NCBI GenBank assembly: GCA_964595645.1
Contig: CAZQQT010000007.1
Coordinates: forward strand, 32,001-96,000
Source of the DNA: an uncultured Thermococci archaeon
GTDB taxonomy: Archaea > Methanobacteriota_B > Thermococci > Methanofastidiosales > B48-G16
Direction of reading: 5' to 3'
Length of the DNA: 64,000 bases
This document shows, piece by piece, positions 18,104-28,092 of the stretch. Positions within the stretch are counted from its first letter, which is position 1, and every line of letters begins with the position of its first letter. Below the pieces are notes generated by a model that was given only the letters and a program-made list of their open reading frames with translations, did not search any database and had not been told where the DNA came from. The translations under genes were made by a program, and so were the position numbers.

Positions 18104-21100
18104 ATGAAAAACAAAATGCGACTAATTTTATGTGTACTTATTATAAGCGGGAGCATCATCAGCGGCTGTCTTCAAGAGGAGCCGACAACAATGTCTCCTG
18201 CAACAGAGACGCTGCAAGAGCCAAAAACACCATCAAAAATTCCTTTTTTTGGGATTGAAGAAGATTTCATCAGAGAAAATGATCTGGTCAGCCTCACTGC
18301 TACAGACATCCGCGAGCTGGGCGTGGGCATCGCTCGAACCCATGGTGGTCCCTTCGTCTGGGAAAACGTGGAGCCTGAGAAGGGACGAATGGATTTTACC
18401 CTGACCGATGAAGTGGTGAAACGGGCTGCTGAAGCAGAGGTCACCCTACTCGCCAGCCTCTGGCCCTACGCCATCTGGGATCAGGACGAGTCCTGTAAGG
18501 TCTGTGGGGAGATTGACGCAATGCGCGGGAGAATTCCCGACTACCGATGTCCTCCACAGGATATGGAGGCATATACCTCCTTCGTAACGGAAATGGTGGA
18601 ACGGTACGACGGCGATGAAAACTTCGGATCCCATCCTATTACCGAGGAGATGAAAATCACGATACGTGAGAACCCAGTGATCTACTGGGAGATCGCCAAT
18701 GAAGTCGACGCCGGTGACAACGTGTCTACCGCACGATTCTTCCAAGGGAGTATCGAAGAATATGTCACACTGTTGAAACGGTCGTATACTGCAATCAAGA
18801 CGGCGTGTGAAGAATGTCAGGTGATCATTGCCGCTCCTGCAGGTCCTGTTGATCTGTACTACTCAGGAATATTCTCCTTAGGTGGAAAGGAGTACTTTGA
18901 TATCTACAATATTCACTGTCCTGTGGAGGAACTCGAGAAGGCCCTCGGCACCATCAACAGACCAGTAGTACTCACCGAGGCTGGAGGACAGTCAGGTATC
19001 GCACTCATCAAGGAGACGGTGAGAATGGCTGCCACCGATGTTGCTTCCGCCATGCTCAGTATGACCATGGATCGGGCCAAAGCGGCGAGCACCAAGGATA
19101 CTGACGGATTCCTGCTGGACAGCGAAGGTGCGAGAACGGAGACCTACCGGGCACTCCAAATGGCAGCCCAAGAGCTCGGTGGATTCACCAGAGCAGAGAA
19201 ACTCACCATGAAGGAAGGAGTCATGGGTGTGCGTGTATACTTTGCACGTGAGAAGCCGACTACCGTCTTGTTCATGGACAAAGGTCCAGGAAAATCAGTG
19301 ACCGTCTCACTGGACGGAAATTTTGCCGTCAAGGACTACTACGGAAAGAAAATGCAGCACGTCAATGAACTTACACTAGAAGGAGAAAATGTGTACTTCC
19401 TCAAGCCCTCTAAAGAACCTGCACAGGGATATACGCTCTCCATTACCATTGAAGGGAAGGGGACAGTGGATCTCATGCCTGAGAAGGAGCGATATGAAGC
19501 AGGAGAGTCCGTCACCTTAAAGCCAGTGCCTGCCGAGGAATACCAGTTCGCCGCATGGATGGGACCAGACGGTGGAGAGGTAACACACAACACCCTTGTC
19601 ATGAATGAAGAAAAAGCGATTACCGCAGTATTTACACAGGTCCCCTCACGAGAGGATCTCGCTGTCCCTCGTTCTTCCATGCCCCCCTTCGATCCGAATA
19701 TTCAGGTAGCATCGGGCTGGGAGGGAACGTACTTCATTCCGCCGGGTAATTTGCTGACACCCGCACATCTGTTTATCGATTCGCAGGGACGATTCATCGT
19801 CAACGAAGTGGGACCTCGGACCGTTGCCCGTATCAAGGACGGGACGGTGACACGATATATCGATGCCGCAGAGTACGCACTGTTCACCATCGCCATGGAC
19901 GCAGAGGACAATATCTATATTTGGGATAACCATATCGATGACGATGCCGCCTCACTGTTTCAGGTGTCTCCCACAGGGGAGATGCGCACACTCGTGGAGA
20001 ACAGCCCAGTGATCGGCACGGACTGGGATACTGGGATCTTCACCGCCTCCCCTTCCGGCGAGATCTACATGTGTACCTTCCATGGGGAAACCTGTCAGCT
20101 GCTCAATATCACGCAAAATGGGGAGATTAAGATCCTCGATGAGAATTTTAAGATACGTCCCACGAACATGACATTCAGTGAGGATAGTACATTCTATATC
20201 ACGACGACAGAAGAGATATATCAGATAGACACGGCAACGGGCGAGGCGAAGCTCCTCATCGACAAACGGAAGTTCCCGGAGCTCGGGATGCATGCCATTA
20301 CCCATGGTGGGTTCTGTGTCCATGACGGATCCTTCTATATCACGGACGGATCCCGTCTCGCAGTGATCGGCGCCGATAGGAACGCACGGCTGCTCGCCCA
20401 GGGGTTCACCTGGGCGCAGGGAATCGCAGTGGATGAGGAGGGTGTCTATATTGTTTCCAGAGCGGACGGCGGCCTCTATAAAATTGCAAACAACACCATC
20501 GAGTGTCTCGTCCCCCCCACCATGCTCAGCACGCCGTACCGCATGGCGTTCAACGCAGAGGACGATCTGTACGTCTACCAGATGGAATCGTTGCGAGTCA
20601 GCCACTTTACCGCAGATGGTGAATTCGTCGAGTACTTCTCCCATCTCAACATCTTCCCGCCGCTAGGGGATCTCACCGTAGATCAGGATGGGAGCCTCTG
20701 GGTCACCTCATCAAAAATTCCGCACTGGCCGAACCTGCCCATGCAGCTGATCCGTATTGAAAAGAACGGCGAACGCACGGTGGTCATTGACGAGTTTGGT
20801 AAAGCCTCGGCTGTTGCATCCTACAATGAAGAGTGTTACGTGAGCGATACCGCATCGGAGACCATCTACCGCGTCTCTCCATCGGGGGAGAGAACACTGT
20901 ATATCACGAATATCCATACCCTAGTATTTGATTTCGATGCAGAAGGGACGGTGTATGCAATTACCGGTGAGAAACAGCACAATGTCCTTAAAATTCAAAA
21001 TGCGACAGAAGTCACACGGATATTCACGACTGATGACACACTCACCGATCTCGTGGTAACACCATCGGGACGGATCATCGTCGCCACGGCAGAGGCCGTA

Positions 21101-21250
21101 TACGAGATTACCGACACCGATACACGACGGGAGATCGTCTCCGGACTCCAAGGGGTAATGGGTACAGGGCTCGCCGTGGACAGTAATGGAGTGATATACG
21201 TGTGTAAAACAATGAAGGGGTATGTGCTCAGACTGGAGAAGACGCAGTAA
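18104..21250 (+). CDS. Lipoprotein: clan GH-A glycoside hydrolase, B-repeat-like linker, tandem beta-propellers
   Basis: ISGC lipobox; YWEIANE and VVLTEAG putative catalytic Glu; YEAGESVTL..P..EYQFAAW; NHL/SMP-30-like repeats (GIAVD, MAFNAEDDLYV, LAVDSNG). Confidence 0.75.
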   Translation: MKNKMRLILCVLIISGSIISGCLQEEPTTMSPATETLQEPKTPSKIPFFGIEEDFIRENDLVSLTATDIRELGVGIARTHGGPFVWENVEPEKGRMDFTLTDEVVKRAAEAEVTLLASLWPYAIWDQDESCKVCGEIDAMRGRIPDYRCPPQDMEAYTSFVTEMVERYDGDENFGSHPITEEMKITIRENPVIYWEIANEVDAGDNVSTARFFQGSIEEYVTLLKRSYTAIKTACEECQVIIAAPAGPVDLYYSGIFSLGGKEYFDIYNIHCPVEELEKALGTINRPVVLTEAGGQSGIALIKETVRMAATDVASAMLSMTMDRAKAASTKDTDGFLLDSEGARTETYRALQMAAQELGGFTRAEKLTMKEGVMGVRVYFAREKPTTVLFMDKGPGKSVTVSLDGNFAVKDYYGKKMQHVNELTLEGENVYFLKPSKEPAQGYTLSITIEGKGTVDLMPEKERYEAGESVTLKPVPAEEYQFAAWMGPDGGEVTHNTLVMNEEKAITAVFTQVPSREDLAVPRSSMPPFDPNIQVASGWEGTYFIPPGNLLTPAHLFIDSQGRFIVNEVGPRTVARIKDGTVTRYIDAAEYALFTIAMDAEDNIYIWDNHIDDDAASLFQVSPTGEMRTLVENSPVIGTDWDTGIFTASPSGEIYMCTFHGETCQLLNITQNGEIKILDENFKIRPTNMTFSEDSTFYITTTEEIYQIDTATGEAKLLIDKRKFPELGMHAITHGGFCVHDGSFYITDGSRLAVIGADRNARLLAQGFTWAQGIAVDEEGVYIVSRADGGLYKIANNTIECLVPPTMLSTPYRMAFNAEDDLYVYQMESLRVSHFTADGEFVEYFSHLNIFPPLGDLTVDQDGSLWVTSSKIPHWPNLPMQLIRIEKNGERTVVIDEFGKASAVASYNEECYVSDTASETIYRVSPSGERTLYITNIHTLVFDFDAEGTVYAITGEKQHNVLKIQNATEVTRIFTTDDTLTDLVVTPSGRIIVATAEAVYEITDTDTRREIVSGLQGVMGTGLAVDSNGVIYVCKTMKGYVLRLEKTQ

Positions 21251-21340
21251 TGTGTCGGCAGGAGAAAGGATATCATGAGCGAAAGATACAGAGGGATAAA
21301 GCTGAAGGAAACAGTGCACCGCCATTCTTCTAGAGAAAAA

Positions 21341-21750
21341 TCACTCAAAATACTCGTAAATTTTTTCAACGAACTCCCTCACATCGTGAAGATCCTCTGC
21401 ACGTATTTCCATCAATCGCTCTTCATCAACTCTGTTATACCGGTGAACGAGAAAATTCCTAAATTTTGCCATTTCTGCCATTCGTGTGGAGAGATCGGCG
21501 GGAATCACACTGTATTTTGCCAGAGTGCTGAACATCTCAGCATAGCTAGAAGGTCGTTCAAACCCTTCTGTTGCAATAATATGACTTGCAATATCTATAA
21601 ACGCCTCAGTAACCTCTAACAAGCTATGTTTCACTGCTTGAATCTCTTCAAAGGACGCTGTATGGGGATCCATCTCTTTAGTTTCTAAGTAACGAATATT
21701 TTTCTCGATGATCTCTATTTTTCCTTGAATCGTCCTTTAGAGACTTTCAT
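21341..21750 (-). pseudogene. HepT/DUF86 HEPN RNase, frameshifted near the 5' end
   Basis: RNFLVH Rx4H motif; the ATG overlapping the MNT stop is out of frame with the body (shift near 21735). Confidence 0.75.
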
Positions 21751-22151
21751 GCTGTGATTCTCCTTTTTACATTCTTATCATGCTCGCGGAGAAACTGTTT
21801 AAAATCGAGATAGGCGACCAGACTCCTCGCTTCAAAATCCTCCCTGATGCGCTCATCCGCGATATATACATGGTGGGCATCGGTGAGCACCTCGTAAATG
21901 AATCGCGGATCCCGTCCATTGAGCACGTGCAGATCGATATCCCTTCCAATCTCTTTTTCTATGATAAGAGAAAGTCGGGCGATCTCTCTAATAGTATACT
22001 CCTCACCCTCTGTGAGGACGAGCCCGATATCCACATCACTCTCTTCATGCTCTCTAGATCGAGCAAAGGGACTGAAAAGGTACGCAACCGCTATTTTCTT
22101 TTCTCTCCCCAATATCTTTTGAATTGCATCCCTCTGCTCTTCATTCAGCAT
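21747..22151 (-). CDS. MntA-like minimal nucleotidyltransferase with a degenerate GS motif
   Basis: AYLFSPFAR...SDVDIG; FGS expected. Confidence 0.8.
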   Translation of the reverse strand: MLNEEQRDAIQKILGREKKIAVAYLFSPFARSREHEESDVDIGLVLTEGEEYTIREIARLSLIIEKEIGRDIDLHVLNGRDPRFIYEVLTDAHHVYIADERIREDFEARSLVAYLDFKQFLREHDKNVKRRITA

Positions 22152-22371
22152 AAATATGTATAGTAATATAAGAATAAAAAGGTTTTGAACTGCACAGCCA
22201 GCTCGCTGGAAAAAAAGGATCATCGTGATATCAGATACGCCACCAAAATTTCTAGTGTATTTTCTCATCGAGTGTGATCTGAGAACTCTCTCGTGTTTGT
22301 CATGTAGTTCTCACTCTCGTTAAATTATTTCCTACAAAAAAATAATAAACAGAAGGTGACAAAGATATCGT

Positions 22372-22667
22372 ATGAGTAAAGAGCTGGAGAGGATCCGACG
22401 TTGTATTCATAAAAAAGAAGAAGAAATCAGAGAAAAATACAAAGCAGAGGCAGTGGGGGTGTTTGGGTCCTATGCGAGAGGTGAGCAAAAAAAGGATAGT
22501 GATTTGGATGTTCTCGTACGGTTTCATGAGGGGGAACACTATTTGATTTTGTCGGCCTTGCAAACTTTCTTGAAGAAGAATTGGACATGAACGTAGATGT
22601 CGTCTCGGAAAGGACCGTAAGGAAGGAGGTGAAAAAGAAGATACTCGCTGAGGTGACTCCACTGTGA
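22372..22667 (+). pseudogene. Frameshifted MNT antitoxin; partner reduced to a GTG-KRD stub
   Basis: VFGSYARG..SDLD, continuing in another frame after the G5 run as TLFDFVGLANFLEEELDMNVDVV...TPL*. Confidence 0.8.
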
Positions 22668-22689
22668 AGAGAGATCTCATATAACGCGT

Positions 22690-24081
22690 CTAAAACAGCT
22701 CCGGATGTTCCGTGTGAATAGGGATCAGTTTATTTGGATTAATTGTCTCTACCATCTCCCGGATCTCTGGACCGGAAGCGTGTCCTGAGGCATGGGCGGC
22801 GCACTCTGGAATCCCGAAGTGATCCAACCAATGGTGTTTCCGGTCCTCATCGAGCTCCATTTCTTCCGAGAACGGCTCGCAGCTCGATTTTATCCAGAGC
22901 GCATTTGTCGGCTTAATATCCACCAGCTGGTTGATCTCCCAGAAACTCGTGGAAACCACGTAGCGTTCTGGATGTTCCCTCAACGTAGCGCAGGTGACGG
23001 TGTTCTCTCGGGTGAGAAACTCACGTTCCCATGTCCGGTAGTCCCGTTCTACCTGGTAGTCCGGCACATCCTCCCGCTCAATCAATCCCCAGCTCTTTTT
23101 GGGAATGAGTATCTGAGTGTCATCGACATGGAACGGCGAGAGATCGCCGAGCTTCTCGAGGAGGTACGCGAGCTTCATATCCACAACGAACTCCCGCTCA
23201 TTCTCTTTCGTCGCGTCGTAAATGGTCTGCACTCTGTCGATGTCCTTTTTCGGATGCTCGACGAAGACGAGACCATCTGTTCGTGTGAGGTGGTGGATCA
23301 TCTCATCACGTACCTTGGTTTCACTATCCTGCCGTATCTCATTGATCCGTGTGCCCTCGCAGAGGAAAATGTCCGGTGCTGCGGCTTGTGCACGCTCAAC
23401 GAACGACTCAGTTTTCTCGCCGTGGTGGCCATGGAAACGGAGATCGCCCGAATACACAACAGTTTCGTCGTCGGAGTAAATGATATAGCCGCAGGCACCA
23501 GGGAGCGAGTGATCCACAGGAACCATCTCCACCTCCAGCGATCCGATCCGTACAGGAGTATTCTGGTCCATCACGTGGTACGTCCGCTGCGTTACGTACT
23601 CGCTCTTGCGCCGTGAGACTCTGCTAAGATCGCCCCGTCTGTTCTCGTAGAAGGTGAAGGTTTCGCAGTGGGTAAAGAAGTCCGCGAATGAGCTACTGCC
23701 CGTCTCTTCAATGTATTGAAGCAGGATCTTCGTAGGCTCCGTGCAGTAGATGGGGATATCCTTCCGCAGGAAGTGGATGTACGCGGCGTGATCCATATGC
23801 GCGTGGCTCAAGAACACTGCATCCACCCTCGTGTCCGCGGGATCACGTCCCATGTGGGTGAGATAGTCCCGTCGGTAAATACCGGGAATATCGGGGAGCA
23901 GATCGAACTCGAAGAAATCCCGGAGAGAGGCACACTTCCGCGGCTGCAGAAACTCGGAGAAGTACCAACCTGTCTGCGAGAAGCTCATCCCGAAGTCGAG
24001 AAGTATCCGTGTATCGTTATGAGAGAGGAGGATCTTGTTGCCGCCGATCTCGTCTTGTCCGCCGAAGATCTCGATCTTCAT
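22690..24081 (-). CDS. RNase J-like MBL/beta-CASP nuclease
   Basis: GGQDEIGGN, LDFG, SHAHMDH, VDHS, YSGD, HASGH, IPIH. Confidence 0.88.
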   Translation of the reverse strand: MKIEIFGGQDEIGGNKILLSHNDTRILLDFGMSFSQTGWYFSEFLQPRKCASLRDFFEFDLLPDIPGIYRRDYLTHMGRDPADTRVDAVFLSHAHMDHAAYIHFLRKDIPIYCTEPTKILLQYIEETGSSSFADFFTHCETFTFYENRRGDLSRVSRRKSEYVTQRTYHVMDQNTPVRIGSLEVEMVPVDHSLPGACGYIIYSDDETVVYSGDLRFHGHHGEKTESFVERAQAAAPDIFLCEGTRINEIRQDSETKVRDEMIHHLTRTDGLVFVEHPKKDIDRVQTIYDATKENEREFVVDMKLAYLLEKLGDLSPFHVDDTQILIPKKSWGLIEREDVPDYQVERDYRTWEREFLTRENTVTCATLREHPERYVVSTSFWEINQLVDIKPTNALWIKSSCEPFSEEMELDEDRKHHWLDHFGIPECAAHASGHASGPEIREMVETINPNKLIPIHTEHPELF

Positions 24082-24818
24082 GATGTTCCTCCACGGTAGA
24101 TCTCACCGACGCGGGTGAGTGCGAGTTTCGCCCGTTTGTCCTCACGTTCCTTCGTGATGAGACCCATCCTCTCAAGTTTCTCCAGACGGTACTGCACACT
24201 GGAACGCTGGATATCATCATCCATCGATTCTACGAGCTCTTTTATCGAGCTCACACCCTGTTTCTCGTGGAGAACATGGATGATATCCCGGTCGAGCTTG
24301 GTTATTTCTTCAATAGGGAACACGGGGATAGACTCGCAGGTCATTGTGCCAATAGCGCCTCCTTTATTCATGAACTCATCTTTCAAATCGCCCTTCGCCG
24401 AGTCGATAATCTTCGGGACGAGGTACTCCTCCGGCTTGGAGTAGAGGATCGCGATCTCGCCGTGATCCCGGAGGAAGAACACGGCGGACATCATAGCAAC
24501 TAACGCGAGTTTTGGTGCTGAGGAGATGTTGACATAGACCTTCCTCCCGTTCTCCAGCTCCTGTCTGATAATCCTCAACGTCGTGAGAAAAACGTTGTCA
24601 AAATCGTAAATATCGACGGTTTCCCCCTCTATTTCCACTGGAAACTCTTTCAGTTTCTGGAGGAAATGATCCGCCAGTGTCGTTGAATGTGTGTAGGTCT
24701 CTCCACTGTGTCTGAGCACGATCACCTTCTCGGCGGGATATCCTTCGATAATGGGCTTCACGATCCGCTCGTACTCGAACCCAGCAGCAACGATATGCAC
24801 TCCCTTTTTCTGTTCCAT
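24078..24818 (-). CDS. DUF6293/HFX_2341-type regulator (CARF-like domain plus winged helix)
   Basis: VHIVAAGFEYERIV, VYVNISSAPK, C-terminal wHTH (SSVQYRLEKLERMGLI...LTRVG); alternative start 24836. Confidence 0.8.
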   Translation of the reverse strand: MEQKKGVHIVAAGFEYERIVKPIIEGYPAEKVIVLRHSGETYTHSTTLADHFLQKLKEFPVEIEGETVDIYDFDNVFLTTLRIIRQELENGRKVYVNISSAPKLALVAMMSAVFFLRDHGEIAILYSKPEEYLVPKIIDSAKGDLKDEFMNKGGAIGTMTCESIPVFPIEEITKLDRDIIHVLHEKQGVSSIKELVESMDDDIQRSSVQYRLEKLERMGLITKEREDKRAKLALTRVGEIYRGGTS

Positions 24819-24839
24819 ACGTACATATTGGTACATGTG

Positions 24840-24870
24840 TTTATAAATTTTTTCATCACGTAACGAAAAG
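24840..24870. promoter_or_regulatory. Conserved bidirectional promoter/operator module, copy 1
   Basis: TTTATAAATTTTTTCATCACGTAACGAAAAG, 29/31 identical to the copy starting at 30264. Confidence 0.7.
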
Positions 24871-24964
24871 GTTGTATATAAAATGTCACTGTTGACATGG
24901 TGCCCCAGCAGTATTACTTTATTAAACATGGATGAGTAGGTGAACCATACAGGAGTTGAGGACC

Positions 24965-25504
24965 ATGGATATCGTATATATCTCCGGTAGCCCGAGGAAA
25001 CAGAGCAACACAGATTATCTTTTGAAGACAACATTAGAAATTACCGGTGGAACGTTTATCAAATTGAGTGAATATCAGATTAATCCGTGTAAATCCTGTT
25101 GGGACTGTCTAGAAACGGGTAAATGTATAATAAATGATGATATGAGCGAAGAACTTATCCCACGTATTTCAAAATCGAAGGGAGTTGTACTGGGGAGTCC
25201 CGTGTACTTCAACAATGTCTCCGCTCAGCTCAAGAAGTTCCTCGATAGAACATGGTGTATCAAAGGGACGCTACGAAATAAGATCGGTGGTGCAGTTGTG
25301 GTAGGGAGGAGATACGGGGCAGAAAGTGCAATTACTGCTATGAACGCTTTCTTCCTTAAACATGAAATGATTCCAGCAAACAGAGGTGTATCGGGAATCG
25401 CGTATCGTCAAAACGAAATTAAAGAAGATCGAGAAGCAGTTGAAGCGGCAGAAAGACTTGGAAAGCGTATTACTGAACTTGGAAAAATAGTAGGTTCTCC
25501 ATAA
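24965..25504 (+). CDS. Iron-sulfur flavoprotein / flavodoxin family
   Basis: SGSPRKQSNT, CKSCWDC..GKC, GSPVYF. Confidence 0.92.
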   Translation: MDIVYISGSPRKQSNTDYLLKTTLEITGGTFIKLSEYQINPCKSCWDCLETGKCIINDDMSEELIPRISKSKGVVLGSPVYFNNVSAQLKKFLDRTWCIKGTLRNKIGGAVVVGRRYGAESAITAMNAFFLKHEMIPANRGVSGIAYRQNEIKEDREAVEAAERLGKRITELGKIVGSP

Positions 25505-25653
25505 CGTGTGCTCTCCTTTCCGTCCATGTTACCGGTACCCATCAGCACGTACAAGGTGTTTTATGGAGGGTGTTAACTAAAGGAAGGGGTATCTTTAGCT
25601 TTACACAAATGGTAGTAGAAGTAGCGCAACAATCCTGGCCTTCATTTTGGAGA

Positions 25654-26025
25654 TCAGTCCGTATCAGTGTTAGGGGAAGAATCACGTTCTTCTCTTTCTC
25701 TCACCCATGAAACGAGAGGGAGAAGAGCGTTTCTCACGTCTTTTCCGTCGTCGGTGAGAGTATAGATAACTTTTGGTGGAGTCTCAGCTGTAACCTCCCG
25801 ATGAACGAATCCCTCCTCTTGCAGTTCTTTCAATCGGTCTGACAGGGATTTTGGGCTGATCCCATTCAACTTTCGCTGTAACTCGTTGAAATGATATCCT
25901 TCTTCCTTAGCACCGAGGAGACTCACGATGCATATCGCCCATTTCTTCGAGATTGTATTCAGTACCCCCTTCACGGAACAGAGGCATGCCCTCTCCTTCT
26001 CGCAACAGCCGTCTTCATGCTTCAT
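25654..26025 (-). CDS. HxlR-family regulator
   Basis: ISKKW, FNELQR, ISPKSLSDRLKEL, PPKVIYTLT; Cys-rich N-terminus. Confidence 0.92.
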   Translation of the reverse strand: MKHEDGCCEKERACLCSVKGVLNTISKKWAICIVSLLGAKEEGYHFNELQRKLNGISPKSLSDRLKELQEEGFVHREVTAETPPKVIYTLTDDGKDVRNALLPLVSWVREREERDSSPNTDTD

Positions 26026-26122
26026 GTAGATACACCTACTTACGTATGTCTTCGTAGCTACACTTCCTTAAACTGCCACGTTTAAATACTTTACTATTTG
26101 TAGTTAATTACGAGATGATAGT

Positions 26123-26329
26123 ATGTGTGAAGAATGTTGCGATACCAAAAAAAGGCATCATGGGATCCACAGACATGGAAGACACGGTCACCACCGATGC
26201 TGTTGCTGCCACGGTACATGGAGACGATTCACGTCGAGAGAAGAAAAAATAGAGATGGTCAAGAAATACAGAGAAGAACTGAAAAAAGAACTAAAAGCAG
26301 TGGACGAAAAAATAGAAGAACTTTCTTAA
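26123..26329 (+). CDS. Small His/Cys-rich coiled-coil protein (DUF5320-like)
   Basis: CEECC..HHGIHRHGRHGHHRCCCCH followed by RRFTSREE and a coiled coil. Confidence 0.7.
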   Translation: MCEECCDTKKRHHGIHRHGRHGHHRCCCCHGTWRRFTSREEKIEMVKKYREELKKELKAVDEKIEELS

Positions 26330-26385
26330 ATTTTTTATTTTTCTATTTTTATATAGGAATATGTCCCAGAAGACACGTAGTTTAC

Positions 26386-26712
26386 TCATTTTTTGAGTAC
26401 ATTGTCGAGCCATTCCAGGTAGCGTTTACTACCGCTGATAGGCGTCGCAATTATCTCCGGTGTCTCGTAGGGGTGTATCGCTTCAATCGCTCTCTCGAGT
26501 TCGTCGTACATTGACCTCTTACTTTTGATAAGACATAGCCATTCCTCTGCCGTCTCCACGCCCTTTTTCCATCGGTAGGTGCTTACGATTGGCCCGACTA
26601 CCTGAACACATCCTGCCAGTCGCTTCTCCACCAGTGTTTCAGCTATTTTTTCGGCATCTTCCTTTTTCTCTACGGTGGTGAAGACCTGGATATACTCTTC
26701 CGTCATGATCAT
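26386..26712 (-). CDS. cutA: Divalent-cation tolerance protein
   Basis: LVEKRLAGCVQ, STYRW, HPYETPEI. Confidence 0.95.
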   Translation of the reverse strand: MIMTEEYIQVFTTVEKKEDAEKIAETLVEKRLAGCVQVVGPIVSTYRWKKGVETAEEWLCLIKSKRSMYDELERAIEAIHPYETPEIIATPISGSKRYLEWLDNVLKK

Positions 26713-26741
26713 GCCCTCTATAGCTCAGTCCCTCTCGCTAG

Positions 26742-26888
26742 TTATTTCTCCCGTTTGAGCTTCTCGAGAATTGCCTGATAGACGAAGTCACTCCTCGTCT
26801 TATAAAAACCCTCCTCTACCATCTCATCGATATCTTTCATGACCTGTGGGGCGACCGTGGTACCAATAGTTCTGTTTTTTCGTGCCAT
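26742..26888 (-). CDS. Small ribbon-helix-helix protein (48 aa, below the ORF-track cutoff)
   Basis: MARKNRTIGTTVAPQVMKDIDEMVEEGFYKTRSDFVYQAILEKLKREK. Confidence 0.7.
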   Translation of the reverse strand: MARKNRTIGTTVAPQVMKDIDEMVEEGFYKTRSDFVYQAILEKLKREK

Positions 26889-26994
26889 GTGTATCCCTCT
26901 ACCTCCATATTTTTAAGGTATTCTCCTATAACTTCAGCAACGTATTCTTTAGTTCTTCCATTCTCTTCATCATAGCTCACGGAGTACGTAATGC

Positions 26995-27075
26995 ACAAAG
27001 GATGTTTGCAGTGTAGGTTACACGCATTGGTGAAGTTCCAAACAACCGAAAACGGAGTGAAGGAAGCCAACAACC
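26995..27075 (-). pseudogene. Radical SAM fragment
   Basis: PFSVVWNFTNACNLHCKH; third Cys missing, fused to unrelated sequence. Confidence 0.6.
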
Positions 27076-27205
27076 ACCGGATGGAACCACAATGAAGACA
27101 TACCCCCCCTACAACACTTCCGGAGAGTTGGCAGATAGATACAGCTGGCAAAAAGTGTTAGATTTAATGAAAAAGTATAAATATCGGGAAACAAGATTAT
27201 TAAGT

Positions 27206-27502
27206 ATGAGCAACAAATCAAAGAGAATGAGAGAGTATGTTCGCAGATTTGGGGGAAAGGGATTCTACGAGATCCTCGTGTACATACGGGATCACGACCG
27301 CGTCATTCTCTCAGACTTCCTCCATATCGCAGGGCATGGTACCGTCATGGACAGACGGGAGGAGCTCCTCGATCTCGGACTGATCTCCGATAAAAAAATC
27401 AAAGAGGGGAGACGGAACTACATTGTCTACGAAATGACACCGAAGGGAGAGACGTTTCTGGAGAAACTGGAAAGACTGCTTGACATCATGGAGAAAGAGT
27501 AG
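27206..27502 (+). CDS. Small winged-helix protein
   Basis: ELLDLGLI..EGRRNYIVYEMTPKG. Confidence 0.7.
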   Translation: MSNKSKRMREYVRRFGGKGFYEILVYIRDHDRVILSDFLHIAGHGTVMDRREELLDLGLISDKKIKEGRRNYIVYEMTPKGETFLEKLERLLDIMEKE

Positions 27503-27546
27503 TAACGAGAGTATCTCAACTGCCTCTCGCGTTCGTATTTCGGTAT

Positions 27547-27948
27547 TTATAGCCCTCTCTGCCTCTTTTTCTCCTGTAATTTCTCGTGGTAGTCTTCGCG
27601 GACAGGGTAGAAAATGTCGAGCATCACAAAGGGCTCGTCCCCGAGACAGGTGTCGCTGTGAGGGACATTGGCAGGGATACAGTAGAAATCTCCTTTCTGG
27701 ACGGTCCGTTCCTCATCGCCGATCCGTAACACCGCCCTCCCGCCGTAGACGATGCCCACCTGTTCGTGCGGGTGGGAGTGCGTCGGCACCGAGTGGCCGG
27801 GGAGCGTCCTGTTGAGAACCATCATCATGTTCTCTCCATGGAGTCCGGTGAGAATCGTGGTTTCTAAGCCGGGAAGCTGGGTGATGGTGGGGGCTTCGTC
27901 CGGATCGATAAAGTAGGGGATCGTCTGGTTGTTCTTTTTCTCTTCCAT
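27547..27948 (-). CDS. Cupin-domain protein
   Basis: HSHPHEQ and IPANVPH. Confidence 0.9.
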   Translation of the reverse strand: MEEKKNNQTIPYFIDPDEAPTITQLPGLETTILTGLHGENMMMVLNRTLPGHSVPTHSHPHEQVGIVYGGRAVLRIGDEERTVQKGDFYCIPANVPHSDTCLGDEPFVMLDIFYPVREDYHEKLQEKKRQRGL

Positions 27949-28092
27949 GTTTGTTATTCTCTCTTATAGCATAAAAACTTTTCAGTGCGACATGATCGCT
28001 TTGGTATTCTCTTCGTAAACCGGTTTTCCAAGACTGTACGCACCATGCACAGTTTCAGAAGCTTTTTATACTTTAGTAAACTATGTAATACC

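Noticed and set aside
25497-25577. Integron attC-like site after the flavoprotein gene (CTCCATAA...TTATGGAG)
   Set aside because: No properly spaced R/L boxes, no repetition after other genes and no integron integrase
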